Positions 16,418 to 22,762 of a DNA stretch of 32,000 nt are shown piece after piece (the first letter of the stretch is position 1; every line of letters starts with the position of its first letter). Position numbers and translations under genes: made by a program. The notes beneath the pieces were generated by a model. It searched no databases. It had not been told where the DNA came from and saw only the letters and a list, made by a program, of their open reading frames with translations. This stretch comes from Bellilinea caldifistulae (GTDB taxonomy: Bacteria; Chloroflexota; Anaerolineae; Anaerolineales; Anaerolineaceae), in NCBI RefSeq assembly GCF_001306055.1, contig NZ_LGHJ01000014.1, forward strand, positions 90,001 through 122,000, read 5' to 3'.

Positions 16418-16945
16418 TTAATGTTTGTGGCCGTTTTTCTTGGGGCAGAAGTGTCCTTCGGGATCCATTGGCTCACCACATTGCGGACAAATCGGCCTTC
16501 CGCGGTTGGCCACCTCAATTCCCCATAAACTCAACGCAAGCAATTGCGAACGGGTACACCAGAAGCGGGCGACACCGGCATCCTCCTCGCTAATCTGGTC
16601 GGAGAGCACTTCATGGGCGATCAGGCAGGCCATGTCGCGTTCCGGGTCGAAGGCCAGCCCCAGCTCGCCAACCCGGAAGAGCGGATCCACCGGCGGCTGG
16701 ATGTGCATTTGATTTTCGTCATACTCACCGGAAGCCGGTGGCAGTTGTGGGTAACGGCTGGCGATTTCTTTGAAGAATTGCTCCACACCGATGGCCAGGG
16801 TTTGAATCTGTACTTTTTCCACCAGTAAGGTGACTACCTCTTCACCCTGGCGGGCCTGAATATAAAAAACCCGCTGTCCGGGTTTGCCAATTGCATCGGT
16901 GGTGATGTGAGTGACCGGGTCAAGTTCAATTTCTGTATGCGCCAT
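16418..16945 (-). CDS. DUF3090-family protein with a C-terminal zinc-ribbon-like motif
   Basis: 175 aa. The N-terminal ITTDAIGKPGQRVFYIQARQGEEVVTLLVEKVQ is characteristic of the family as I recall it. C-terminal CPQCGEPMDPEGHFCPKKNGH. Strong RBS (GGAGG, 9 nt, ATG). Confidence 0.7.
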   Translation of the reverse strand: MAHTEIELDPVTHITTDAIGKPGQRVFYIQARQGEEVVTLLVEKVQIQTLAIGVEQFFKEIASRYPQLPPASGEYDENQMHIQPPVDPLFRVGELGLAFDPERDMACLIAHEVLSDQISEEDAGVARFWCTRSQLLALSLWGIEVANRGRPICPQCGEPMDPEGHFCPKKNGHKH

Positions 16946-16971
16946 GTTGGTGCGCCTCCTGTTTCAGGTTG

Positions 16972-16980
16972 AGTATACCA
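16972..16980 (-). promoter_or_regulatory. Candidate extended -10 promoter (TGgTATACT) for DUF3090-SCO1664
   Basis: The minus strand reads cTGgTATACT about 25 nt upstream of the DUF3090 RBS, in the 86-nt gap after murI. No good -35 element is present. Confidence 0.3.
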
Positions 16981-17031
16981 GAAACCGTCTGTTGAAATAT
17001 CCTCTTGTCCAATCTGGGCGGGGAGGGGCTT

Positions 17032-17865
17032 TCAGAGGGCAGATTGCACCTCTAAAAGACGGCGCTCCTCCCAACGGGCGGCCTGAAACAGGCCGTGCTC
17101 ACCCACCAGATTGAAAACCTGCTGGCGCAGGGTGGCCGGGTCGCCGCTGGTATAAAAGCGCACCTCGGCCGGCCGATTCCCCTCAACCAGCAGGTGATTC
17201 TGTTCCAGCAGGCGACGGGTCTGGCGGGCAACTGCGGGGGCGGGATCAATCACGCGCACCCCGGGGCCGCAGATTTCTTCAATCAGTGGGATGACAAAGG
17301 GGTAGTGGGTACAGCCCAGCACAACCGTGTCAATCCCTTCGCGCAGCATGGGGGTGAGGGCACTCTGGAGTATCTGGCGGGCCGGGCTGCCTTTCAGCCG
17401 TCCGGCTTCAATTTCCTGTACCAGACCAGTGCAGGTATCCGTCATCAGTGTAACGCCGGAGGCAAACCGCTCAACGACCGAAGCGTATAAAGCTCCCTGA
17501 AAGGTGGCGGGAGTGGCCAGCACGCCGACTTTTCCACTGCGGGTAGTTTCGGCAGCGGGTTTTACGGCCGGTTCCATGCCAACAAAGGGGATGTGCGGGA
17601 ATTTTGCCCGTAGATAGTGCAGGGCGGCGGCTGAAGCGGTGTTACAGGCCACGACAATCAAGCCAGCCCCATGCTCAATTAAAAATTCGGTAATGGCTTC
17701 GGAAAAATCACGCACTTCCTCCAACGGCCGGCTGCCGTAGGGGACGTGCTGTTGGTCGGCAAAATAGATAACCGGCTGGGCTGGGAGAATCTGGCGAATG
17801 GCGCGGTAAACCGAAAGACCGCCTACCCCCGAGTCAAAAATCCCAATTGCCGGCGGGTGATTCAT
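17032..17865 (-). CDS. murI: Glutamate racemase
   Basis: IGIFDSGVGGLSV, VVACNTASA and LGCTHYP motifs, giving both catalytic Cys contexts. Confidence 0.95.
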   Translation of the reverse strand: MNHPPAIGIFDSGVGGLSVYRAIRQILPAQPVIYFADQQHVPYGSRPLEEVRDFSEAITEFLIEHGAGLIVVACNTASAAALHYLRAKFPHIPFVGMEPAVKPAAETTRSGKVGVLATPATFQGALYASVVERFASGVTLMTDTCTGLVQEIEAGRLKGSPARQILQSALTPMLREGIDTVVLGCTHYPFVIPLIEEICGPGVRVIDPAPAVARQTRRLLEQNHLLVEGNRPAEVRFYTSGDPATLRQQVFNLVGEHGLFQAARWEERRLLEVQSAL

Positions 17866-18590
17866 GCCCCCATTTCCCCGGCTGCCTGAATAAATGCTTT
17901 AAAGAGGGCAAAGTGGCGGGGGTGTTGGGTCAACCATTCGGGGTGCCACTGAACGCCCATCAGAAAACGGTGGCCGAGCAATTCAATCGCCTCTGCCAGT
18001 CCATCCGGCGACCATGCACTGACCCGCAGTTCTTCGCCGATACGTGCCAGCCCCTGATGATGGAGGCTGTTGACTTGAATTTCGTCCTCGCCGATGATTT
18101 TTTCGAGATGGGTCTGGTCCATGATTTTAACTTTGTGGGCGAGTGTATCCCGCGGATAGCCCGGAAAATAATCATGTTTGAGGGCGCCTTTGAGTTGCGA
18201 GGCTATATCGGTGTAGAGGGTACCACCCAGCGCCACATTAATCACCTGCGCTCCGCGGCAGATGCCCAGCAGGGGCTTTTTGTGAGTTGCGGCCAGCTGC
18301 ACCAGTTCGATTTCCATCTCATCGCGGGCAGGATCCACATCATAAACCCGCGGGTGGGGTTCGCCGTTAAAGCGGGCCGGGTCAATATCGCCGCCGCCGA
18401 CCAGTAAAATCCCGTCCAGATTTTGGAACAGCTCTCGCAATTGGGTCAAACTCAGCCCGACCGGGATCAACAGGGGGATTCCGCCAGCCTGAAGAATGGC
18501 GCGGGCATAGGCTTCCTTTGCACCTACGCTGACGATCGGATCGTGGACAATCAATCGTTCGGTGGAGAGTCCAATCAGTGGCGTTTTCAT
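17862..18590 (-). CDS. Class I glutamine amidotransferase-like, peptidase C26 / gamma-glutamyl hydrolase (PuuD-like) family
   Basis: Nucleophile elbow GICRGAQVINVALGG and the His/Glu motif GVQWHPE. The stop overlaps the murI start (ATGA). Confidence 0.85.
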   Translation of the reverse strand: MKTPLIGLSTERLIVHDPIVSVGAKEAYARAILQAGGIPLLIPVGLSLTQLRELFQNLDGILLVGGGDIDPARFNGEPHPRVYDVDPARDEMEIELVQLAATHKKPLLGICRGAQVINVALGGTLYTDIASQLKGALKHDYFPGYPRDTLAHKVKIMDQTHLEKIIGEDEIQVNSLHHQGLARIGEELRVSAWSPDGLAEAIELLGHRFLMGVQWHPEWLTQHPRHFALFKAFIQAAGEMGA

Positions 18591-18618
18591 TGATAAATAT
18601 CCTATGGTAATTTTACCT

Positions 18619-18650
18619 AAAAAGGGCGCAGCCAGCGTTTGACTGCGCCC
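18619..18650 (-). terminator. Intrinsic terminator after rplS
   Basis: On the minus strand: GGGCGCAG, an 11-nt loop, CTGCGCCC, then TTTTT. It starts about 27 nt after the rplS stop. Confidence 0.75.
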
Positions 18651-18676
18651 TCCGGTTTGGAATGCGGTGGCGAGGA

Positions 18677-19024
18677 CTAGTTAAACTTTTGTTTGAGGCG
18701 CGCGCTTTTACCGGTGCGGTCGCGCAGGAAGTACAGGCGGGAGCGCCGCACGCGGCTATGCCGTTCTACCACAACCCGGTCAATCCGCGGGGAGCGGAAC
18801 AGGAAAGTGCGTTCCACGCCAATGCCGTTACTGGCAATCCGCCGCACCGTGAAGGTGGAGTTATTACCGTTGTTGTGAATGTACAGAACGGTGCCTTTGA
18901 ACTCCTGAATACGTTCGCGGTTGCCTTCTTTGATTTTGACATGCACGGAAACGGTATCCCCGGTTTTCAATTCCGGAATATTGGGGTTGACCGGCGCCTC
19001 TACAGATTTCAAAATATCGTCCAT
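18677..19024 (-). CDS. rplS: 50S ribosomal protein L19
   Basis: 115 aa. PELKTGDTVSVHVKIKEGNRERIQEFKGTVL...FTVRRI..GIGVERTF...SP.I..V is canonical bL19. Confidence 0.97.
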   Translation of the reverse strand: MDDILKSVEAPVNPNIPELKTGDTVSVHVKIKEGNRERIQEFKGTVLYIHNNGNNSTFTVRRIASNGIGVERTFLFRSPRIDRVVVERHSRVRRSRLYFLRDRTGKSARLKQKFN

Positions 19025-19076
19025 GGTGCAATTCCTTCCAATGAATTCTTACCCTGCGTCCTTAACGCGAGGGCAG

Positions 19077-19105
19077 ATTATACCATGAAGTTTTCAGGCG
19101 GGCAA
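19077..19105 (-). promoter_or_regulatory. Candidate sigma-70 promoter of rplS
   Basis: The minus strand reads TTGCCC (19105-19100), 17-nt spacer, TATAAT (19082-19077), about 50 nt upstream of the rplS ATG. Confidence 0.45.
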
Positions 19106-19139
19106 TGATTCTGGAATTCATTCCAAAAATTTGGTTGAT

Positions 19140-19168
19140 TTGACAATTTCTTAAAGGATGGTTATAAT
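19140..19168 (+). promoter_or_regulatory. Consensus sigma-70 promoter driving the rpsU leader
   Basis: TTGACA (19140-19145), exactly 17-nt spacer, TATAAT (19163-19168). Confidence 0.65.
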
Positions 19169-19174
19169 TAGGGT

Positions 19175-19366
19175 CGTGAGCGGTCAAGAACCGCCTGAAC
19201 ATTCGATTCAAGAGATTGAATGGTTTTAATTTCTGTTGGAGGTTGTATCGCCGAATGCTTCCGAGAATAAAATCCAGACCGGTGCTTATTCCTTCGGCTG
19301 CATGGGCGAATTGCAGCCGAAGTTTTTTGTGTGTTCCATCCCTGAACCAGAAGGGAGGTGAGAAGA
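19175..19366 (+). promoter_or_regulatory. Structured 5' leader / attenuator of rpsU-infA (possible r-protein leader or small RNA)
   Basis: About 190 nt lie between the consensus promoter and the rpsU ATG. The leader contains hairpins GCGGT/ACCGC (about 19180-19194) and ATTCAA/TTGAAT (about 19205-19220), an internal GGAGG (19238-19242) and a strong terminator at 19292-19328. Confidence 0.5.
19292..19328 (+). terminator. Intrinsic terminator inside the rpsU leader
   Basis: Perfect 11-bp stem: CTTCGGCTGCA (19292-19302) pairs with TGCAGCCGAAG (19312-19322), with a 9-nt loop, followed by TTTTTT (19323-19328). It ends 38 nt before the rpsU ATG. Confidence 0.8.
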
Positions 19367-19567
19367 ATGACCGTTGTCACGTTAAGACAAAATGAATCAC
19401 AAGACCAGTTGCTGAAGCGTTTCCGCAAGAAGGTCGTCAAGAGTGGTGTGCTCAGCACAGTCCGCCGTAAGCGGTGGTTCATTTCCAAAAGCGAACTGCG
19501 CCGGGTGGAGAAGAAAAAAGCCATTCGCCGCATCAAGCGCCGCCAGTTTTCACGTTCGGCTGAGTAG
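19367..19567 (+). CDS. rpsU: 30S ribosomal protein S21
   Basis: LLKRFRKKVVKSGVLSTVRRKRWF.SKSE.RR..KK.A is canonical bS21. The ATG at 19367 follows GGGAGGTG by 7 nt. The ORF-track GTG start at 19358 lies within that SD. Confidence 0.93.
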   Translation: MTVVTLRQNESQDQLLKRFRKKVVKSGVLSTVRRKRWFISKSELRRVEKKKAIRRIKRRQFSRSAE

Positions 19568-19619
19568 TTTCAGGATCTAGATTCCGGTTGGGCGAGCATC
19601 CTCATCCGGTGTGGAGGGA

Positions 19620-19874
19620 ATGATGGCAAAAGAAGAAGATAAGATTCAGGTCGAAGGCACCATTGTGGAAGCTCTGCCGGGAACACAATTCCGCGTCCGG
19701 CTTGACAATGGGCACGAAGTGCTTGCCTATCTCTCCGGTAGAATGCGTAAGTATTACATCCGCATTTTATTGGGAGACCGGGTGCGGGTAGAAATGTCTC
19801 CGTATGACCTCACCCGTGGCAGAATTGTATATCGCCAGCGCCGCGTCGGTGAATCCATGGCATTGGAAGAGTAA
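19620..19874 (+). CDS. infA: Translation initiation factor IF-1
   Basis: [69 protein letters not shown] is canonical IF-1. Tandem ATGs at 19620 and 19623 follow GGAGGG; 19623 has the better spacing. There is a short C-terminal extension ([11 protein letters not shown]). Confidence 0.93.
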   Translation: MMAKEEDKIQVEGTIVEALPGTQFRVRLDNGHEVLAYLSGRMRKYYIRILLGDRVRVEMSPYDLTRGRIVYRQRRVGESMALEE

Positions 19875-19923
19875 ATCGCTGCTCAACCCTATCTGGAATC
19901 ATTCGTCTGTTGGTTAATCATTG

Positions 19924-19952
19924 AACGCCCCTGCCTTTGAGGGGCGTTTTTT
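19924..19952 (+). terminator. Intrinsic terminator after infA
   Basis: 9-bp stem AACGCCCCT / AGGGGCGTT with a 7-nt loop, whose 3' arm runs into a TTTTTT tract. Confidence 0.8.
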
Positions 19953-19955
19953 ATT

Positions 19956-19993
19956 GACGAACTCCTGCGGTTTTCAGGCCGCAGGAGTTCGTC
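19956..19993. repeat. Perfect 15-bp hairpin between the convergent infA and fasciclin genes
   Basis: GACGAACTCCTGCGG (19956-19970) pairs with CCGCAGGAGTTCGTC (19979-19993), with an 8-nt loop. There is no U-tract on either strand. Confidence 0.8.
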
Positions 19994-20052
19994 TACCGAT
20001 AATCTATCCTCTTGCAATCCTTGGGGAGGGCAGGAGAGGATATTCGATTGGA

Positions 20053-21417
20053 TTACTGAGGCAGGATGACCGTATCAATCACGTGGATGACGCCGTTGGT
20101 GGTTTTGATGTCGGTCAGGATTACCTGCGCATCGTTGATGAAGACTTTTCCGTTCTCCACTTTGATGGTCACTTTTTGACCCAGTGCGGTTTCGGCTTCG
20201 CTCAGTTTCACCACATCCTCAGCCAGCACGCGGCCGGGCACCACATGGTAGAGCAAAATGTTGGTCAGTTGCTGCTTGTTCTCGGGCTTGAGCAGGGTAT
20301 CGAGTGTGCCTGCCGGCAGTTTTGCAAAAGCCTCGTCGGTGGGGGCAAACACCGTGAAGGGACCTTCACCCTTGAGGGTTTCAACCAGATCCGCAGCCTG
20401 AACAGCGGCAACCAGGGTTTCGAACTTATTGAACACCGCAGCATCCACAATATCTTTCGGCAGAATGACGGTATCAATCACATGGATCACGCCGTTTGAG
20501 GCCTCAATATCGGTAAGGATGATTTCGGCTTCGTTGATATAGGCTTTGCCCATGTCCAGTTTGAAGAAAACCGAGGTGCCAAGGGCAGTATCTGCAATCA
20601 GTCCATCGCTCACATCCGCTGCCATGACCTTGCCGGGGATGACGTGGTAGAGCAGGATGTCGGTCAGCTGCTGTTTGTTTTCGGGTTTGAGCAGTTCTTC
20701 GATGGTGCCCGCCGGAAGTTTGGCAAAAGCCTCATCGGTGGGGGCGAACACGGTGAATGGGCCTTCGCCTTTCAGGGTGTCCACCAGCCCGGCGGCCTGA
20801 ACGGCTGCCACCAGTGTCGTGAAGCGGCCGTCCGCCACAGCAATATCCACAATGTCTTTGGGAGCTTCAACGGTCATGCTGGGGGGCAGGATCACGGTGT
20901 CAATCACGTGGATTACGCCGTTTGAAGCTTCAATGTCGGTGAGGATGACCTGGGCATCGTTGATGAATACCTTGCCATCTTCAACCTTAATGCTGACCTT
21001 TTCGCCAAGCGCGGTTTCGGCTTCGCTCAGGTTGACCACATCCGCTGCCATGACCTTACCCGGGACTACATGATACAGCAGAATGTCGGTTAACTGCTGC
21101 TTGTTTTCGGGCTTGAGCAGCTCCTCAATGGTACCGGCCGGCAGTTTGGCAAAAGCCTCGTCGGTGGGGGCAAACACCGTGAAGGGACCTTCACCGGCTA
21201 ATGTTTCGACCAGCCCGGCGGCCTGTACAGCGGCAACCAGAGTGGTGAATCGGCCATCCGCTACGGCAATGTCCACAATCGTTTGCGGAGCGGGGGTGTT
21301 GGTGGGCATTGGCATCGGGGTGTTGGTGGGGGCTGCCGTTGGGGCAGGTGTAGCCGCAGGAGCGCAGGCAGCCAAAGCCAGCACAGCAACCAGAGCAAAC
21401 AACATCAAGCGTTTCAT
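20053..21417 (-). CDS. Lipoprotein with three tandem fasciclin (FAS1) domains
   Basis: Signal peptide with lipobox (LALAAC), then a Pro/Thr-rich linker. Three FAS1 units follow, each with [13 protein letters not shown] and [13 protein letters not shown]. The ATG at 21417 was chosen (GAGGAG, 7 nt, ATG) rather than the ORF-track start at 21501. Confidence 0.9.
   Translation of the reverse strand: MKRLMLFALVAVLALAACAPAATPAPTAAPTNTPMPMPTNTPAPQTIVDIAVADGRFTTLVAAVQAAGLVETLAGEGPFTVFAPTDEAFAKLPAGTIEELLKPENKQQLTDILLYHVVPGKVMAADVVNLSEAETALGEKVSIKVEDGKVFINDAQVILTDIEASNGVIHVIDTVILPPSMTVEAPKDIVDIAVADGRFTTLVAAVQAAGLVDTLKGEGPFTVFAPTDEAFAKLPAGTIEELLKPENKQQLTDILLYHVIPGKVMAADVSDGLIADTALGTSVFFKLDMGKAYINEAEIILTDIEASNGVIHVIDTVILPKDIVDAAVFNKFETLVAAVQAADLVETLKGEGPFTVFAPTDEAFAKLPAGTLDTLLKPENKQQLTNILLYHVVPGRVLAEDVVKLSEAETALGQKVTIKVENGKVFINDAQVILTDIKTTNGVIHVIDTVILPQ
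20056..21279 (-). repeat. Three tandem intragenic repeats of about 400-426 bp (the FAS1 domain units)
   Basis: Units at 21279-20854, 20853-20452 and 20451-20056. Protein units are highly similar. Units 1 and 3 share an identical DNA run of more than 40 nt (gcaaaagcctcgtcggtgggggcaaacaccgtgaagggaccttcacc). Confidence 0.85.
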
Positions 21418-21468
21418 TTTTTTCTCCTCATACCTTCTAAAATTTGGATTGATTTTGTTGATATCCAG

Positions 21469-21497
21469 AGTATAAGGTTTTGTATAAACTTGGTCAA
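21469..21497 (-). promoter_or_regulatory. Candidate sigma-70 promoter of the fasciclin gene
   Basis: The minus strand reads TTGACC (21497-21492), 17-nt spacer, TATACT (21474-21469), about 50 nt upstream of the ATG. Confidence 0.45.
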
Positions 21498-21580
21498 ACA
21501 CTATTTGGGCTTTGTATAATGTTTGTGTAATGTATTAAAAAATACTTAACTAAACCGCTTGTTTGGACTGGATCAAAATA

Positions 21581-21605
21581 AAAAAACGGTGCAGCGCACC
21601 TTTTT
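21581..21605 (-). terminator. Weak, possibly bidirectional terminator after the DHOD-like gene
   Basis: GGTGC-3 nt-GCACC flanked by A7 and T5; the minus strand reads GGTGCGCTGCACCGTTTTTTT. A further 9-bp hairpin (CCGGTTGAG 21639-21647 with CTCAACCGG 21669-21677) sits between the stop codon and this element. Confidence 0.35.
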
Positions 21606-21685
21606 GCAGCTACACCGTTGATGGATGATTTTTCTTTACCGGTTGAGTGGTCTACTCAGGGAGGCTTGCTCAACCGGAGGTTTGA

Positions 21686-22693
21686 TTACCAGATGATTCG
21701 GTTATCGTAACTCATCAGGGCTTTCATGTAATTGGCGCGTTCAAAGGCGGCCGGTTCGGCAACTGCCTGCTGGCTCATGCTGCCAATCATCTGCTGAACG
21801 GAGGTGTATTCGAACTCATCCAGCCAGTTGTTCAGGTCGGTGAGGATTTCGGTTGCCCGTCCAATGCCCTTTGCCAGCAATTCGGAGGTGGTCATGGCCA
21901 CATTTGCTCCGGCCATCAATGCCTTGACCACATCCCTGGCGCTATGAACTCCGCTGGAAAGGGCCAGGTCGGCTTTTATGCGCCCGTAGAGAATTGCCAC
22001 CCAGCGCAGAGGCAGGCGCAATTCATCGGAGGTGCTCAGCACCAGGTTGGGCACCACATCCAGCGATTCGATGTCCAGATCCGGCTGGTAGAAGCGGTTG
22101 AACAGTACCAGACCGTTGGCGCCTGCTTCGGCCAGTTGAGCAGCCAGGTTGGGCAAGGCGGTGAAGTAAGGGCTGAGTTTTACCGCCAGCGGAATTTGGA
22201 TCTGACTACGGACATCGCGCACCAGTTGAACATAGGTGGCTTCCAGTTCCTGACTGGTCAATTGGGGATCGGTGGGGACGTAATAGATATTGAGTTCAAG
22301 GGCATCCGCGCCGGCTTCCTCGATTCGTCTGGCATAATTGATCCAGCCGCCGGTGGAAATGCCGTTCAGGCTGCCGATGACCGGAATGCTGACGGCTTTT
22401 TTGATGCGGTAAATCAGTTCCAGATAGCTTTCCGGCCCCACATTGTAACGTTCAAGATCGGGGAAGTAAGTCAGCGCTTCGGCAAAGGATTCGCTGCCGC
22501 GGGTCAGATAATAATCGAGGGCGTGGCTTTCGTGGACAATTTGCTCTTCAAAGAGCGAGTACATCACAACCGCGCTGATGCCGGCGTCTTCCAGCCGCTT
22601 GACCCCTTCAACTTTTTTGGACAGTGGTGAAGCCGAAGCGACCAGAGGGTTTTTGAGTTTCAAACCCAGATAAGTGGTAGTCAGATCTGCCAT
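21686..22693 (-). CDS. Dihydroorotate dehydrogenase-like TIM-barrel flavoprotein (probably not a true DHOD)
   Basis: Class-1 DHOD-like sequence ([15 protein letters not shown]; IPVIGSL; PLAVKLSPY; [20 protein letters not shown]). The NxSCPN active-site block is replaced by LNIYYVP. The ATG at 22693 follows GAGGAG by 8 nt; the ORF-track start at 22747 is unlikely. Confidence 0.8.
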   Translation of the reverse strand: MADLTTTYLGLKLKNPLVASASPLSKKVEGVKRLEDAGISAVVMYSLFEEQIVHESHALDYYLTRGSESFAEALTYFPDLERYNVGPESYLELIYRIKKAVSIPVIGSLNGISTGGWINYARRIEEAGADALELNIYYVPTDPQLTSQELEATYVQLVRDVRSQIQIPLAVKLSPYFTALPNLAAQLAEAGANGLVLFNRFYQPDLDIESLDVVPNLVLSTSDELRLPLRWVAILYGRIKADLALSSGVHSARDVVKALMAGANVAMTTSELLAKGIGRATEILTDLNNWLDEFEYTSVQQMIGSMSQQAVAEPAAFERANYMKALMSYDNRIIW

Positions 22694-22721
22694 CGTTATT
22701 TCTCCTCGTCGTGAATTAAGC

Positions 22722-22751
22722 CAGCGTGCGGAAAGAACCTTCCGCACGCTG
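22722..22751 (-). terminator. Intercistronic 12-bp hairpin between PFOR and the DHOD-like gene (partial terminator or mRNA stabiliser)
   Basis: CAGCGTGCGGAA (22722-22733) pairs with TTCCGCACGCTG (22740-22751), with a 6-nt loop. There is no clear U-tract. It lies 11 nt after the PFOR stop. Confidence 0.4.
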
Positions 22752-22762
22752 CAGGGGTGGTT

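Noticed and set aside
17847-19108. Plus-strand ORFs 17847-18407 and 18662-19108, opposite the C26 amidotransferase and rplS.
   Set aside because: They are antisense to genes with canonical motifs, and the second would also run through the rplS terminator and promoter.
19168-19536. 122-aa minus-strand ORF overlapping the rpsU leader and the rpsU gene. Also a ~46-codon plus-strand ORF starting at the ATG at 19255, within the leader.
   Set aside because: The minus-strand ORF is antisense to a canonical S21 gene and to the consensus promoter. The short plus-strand ORF runs straight through the terminator stem and the rpsU RBS and has no conserved-looking features. A leader-peptide mechanism cannot be fully excluded, but nothing supports it.
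20056-21279. Possibility that the ~400-bp tandem repeats represent a CRISPR array, a satellite or a mobile-element array.
   Set aside because: The repeats are in frame and each encodes a complete FAS1 domain within one long ORF. There is no spacer/short-repeat architecture.
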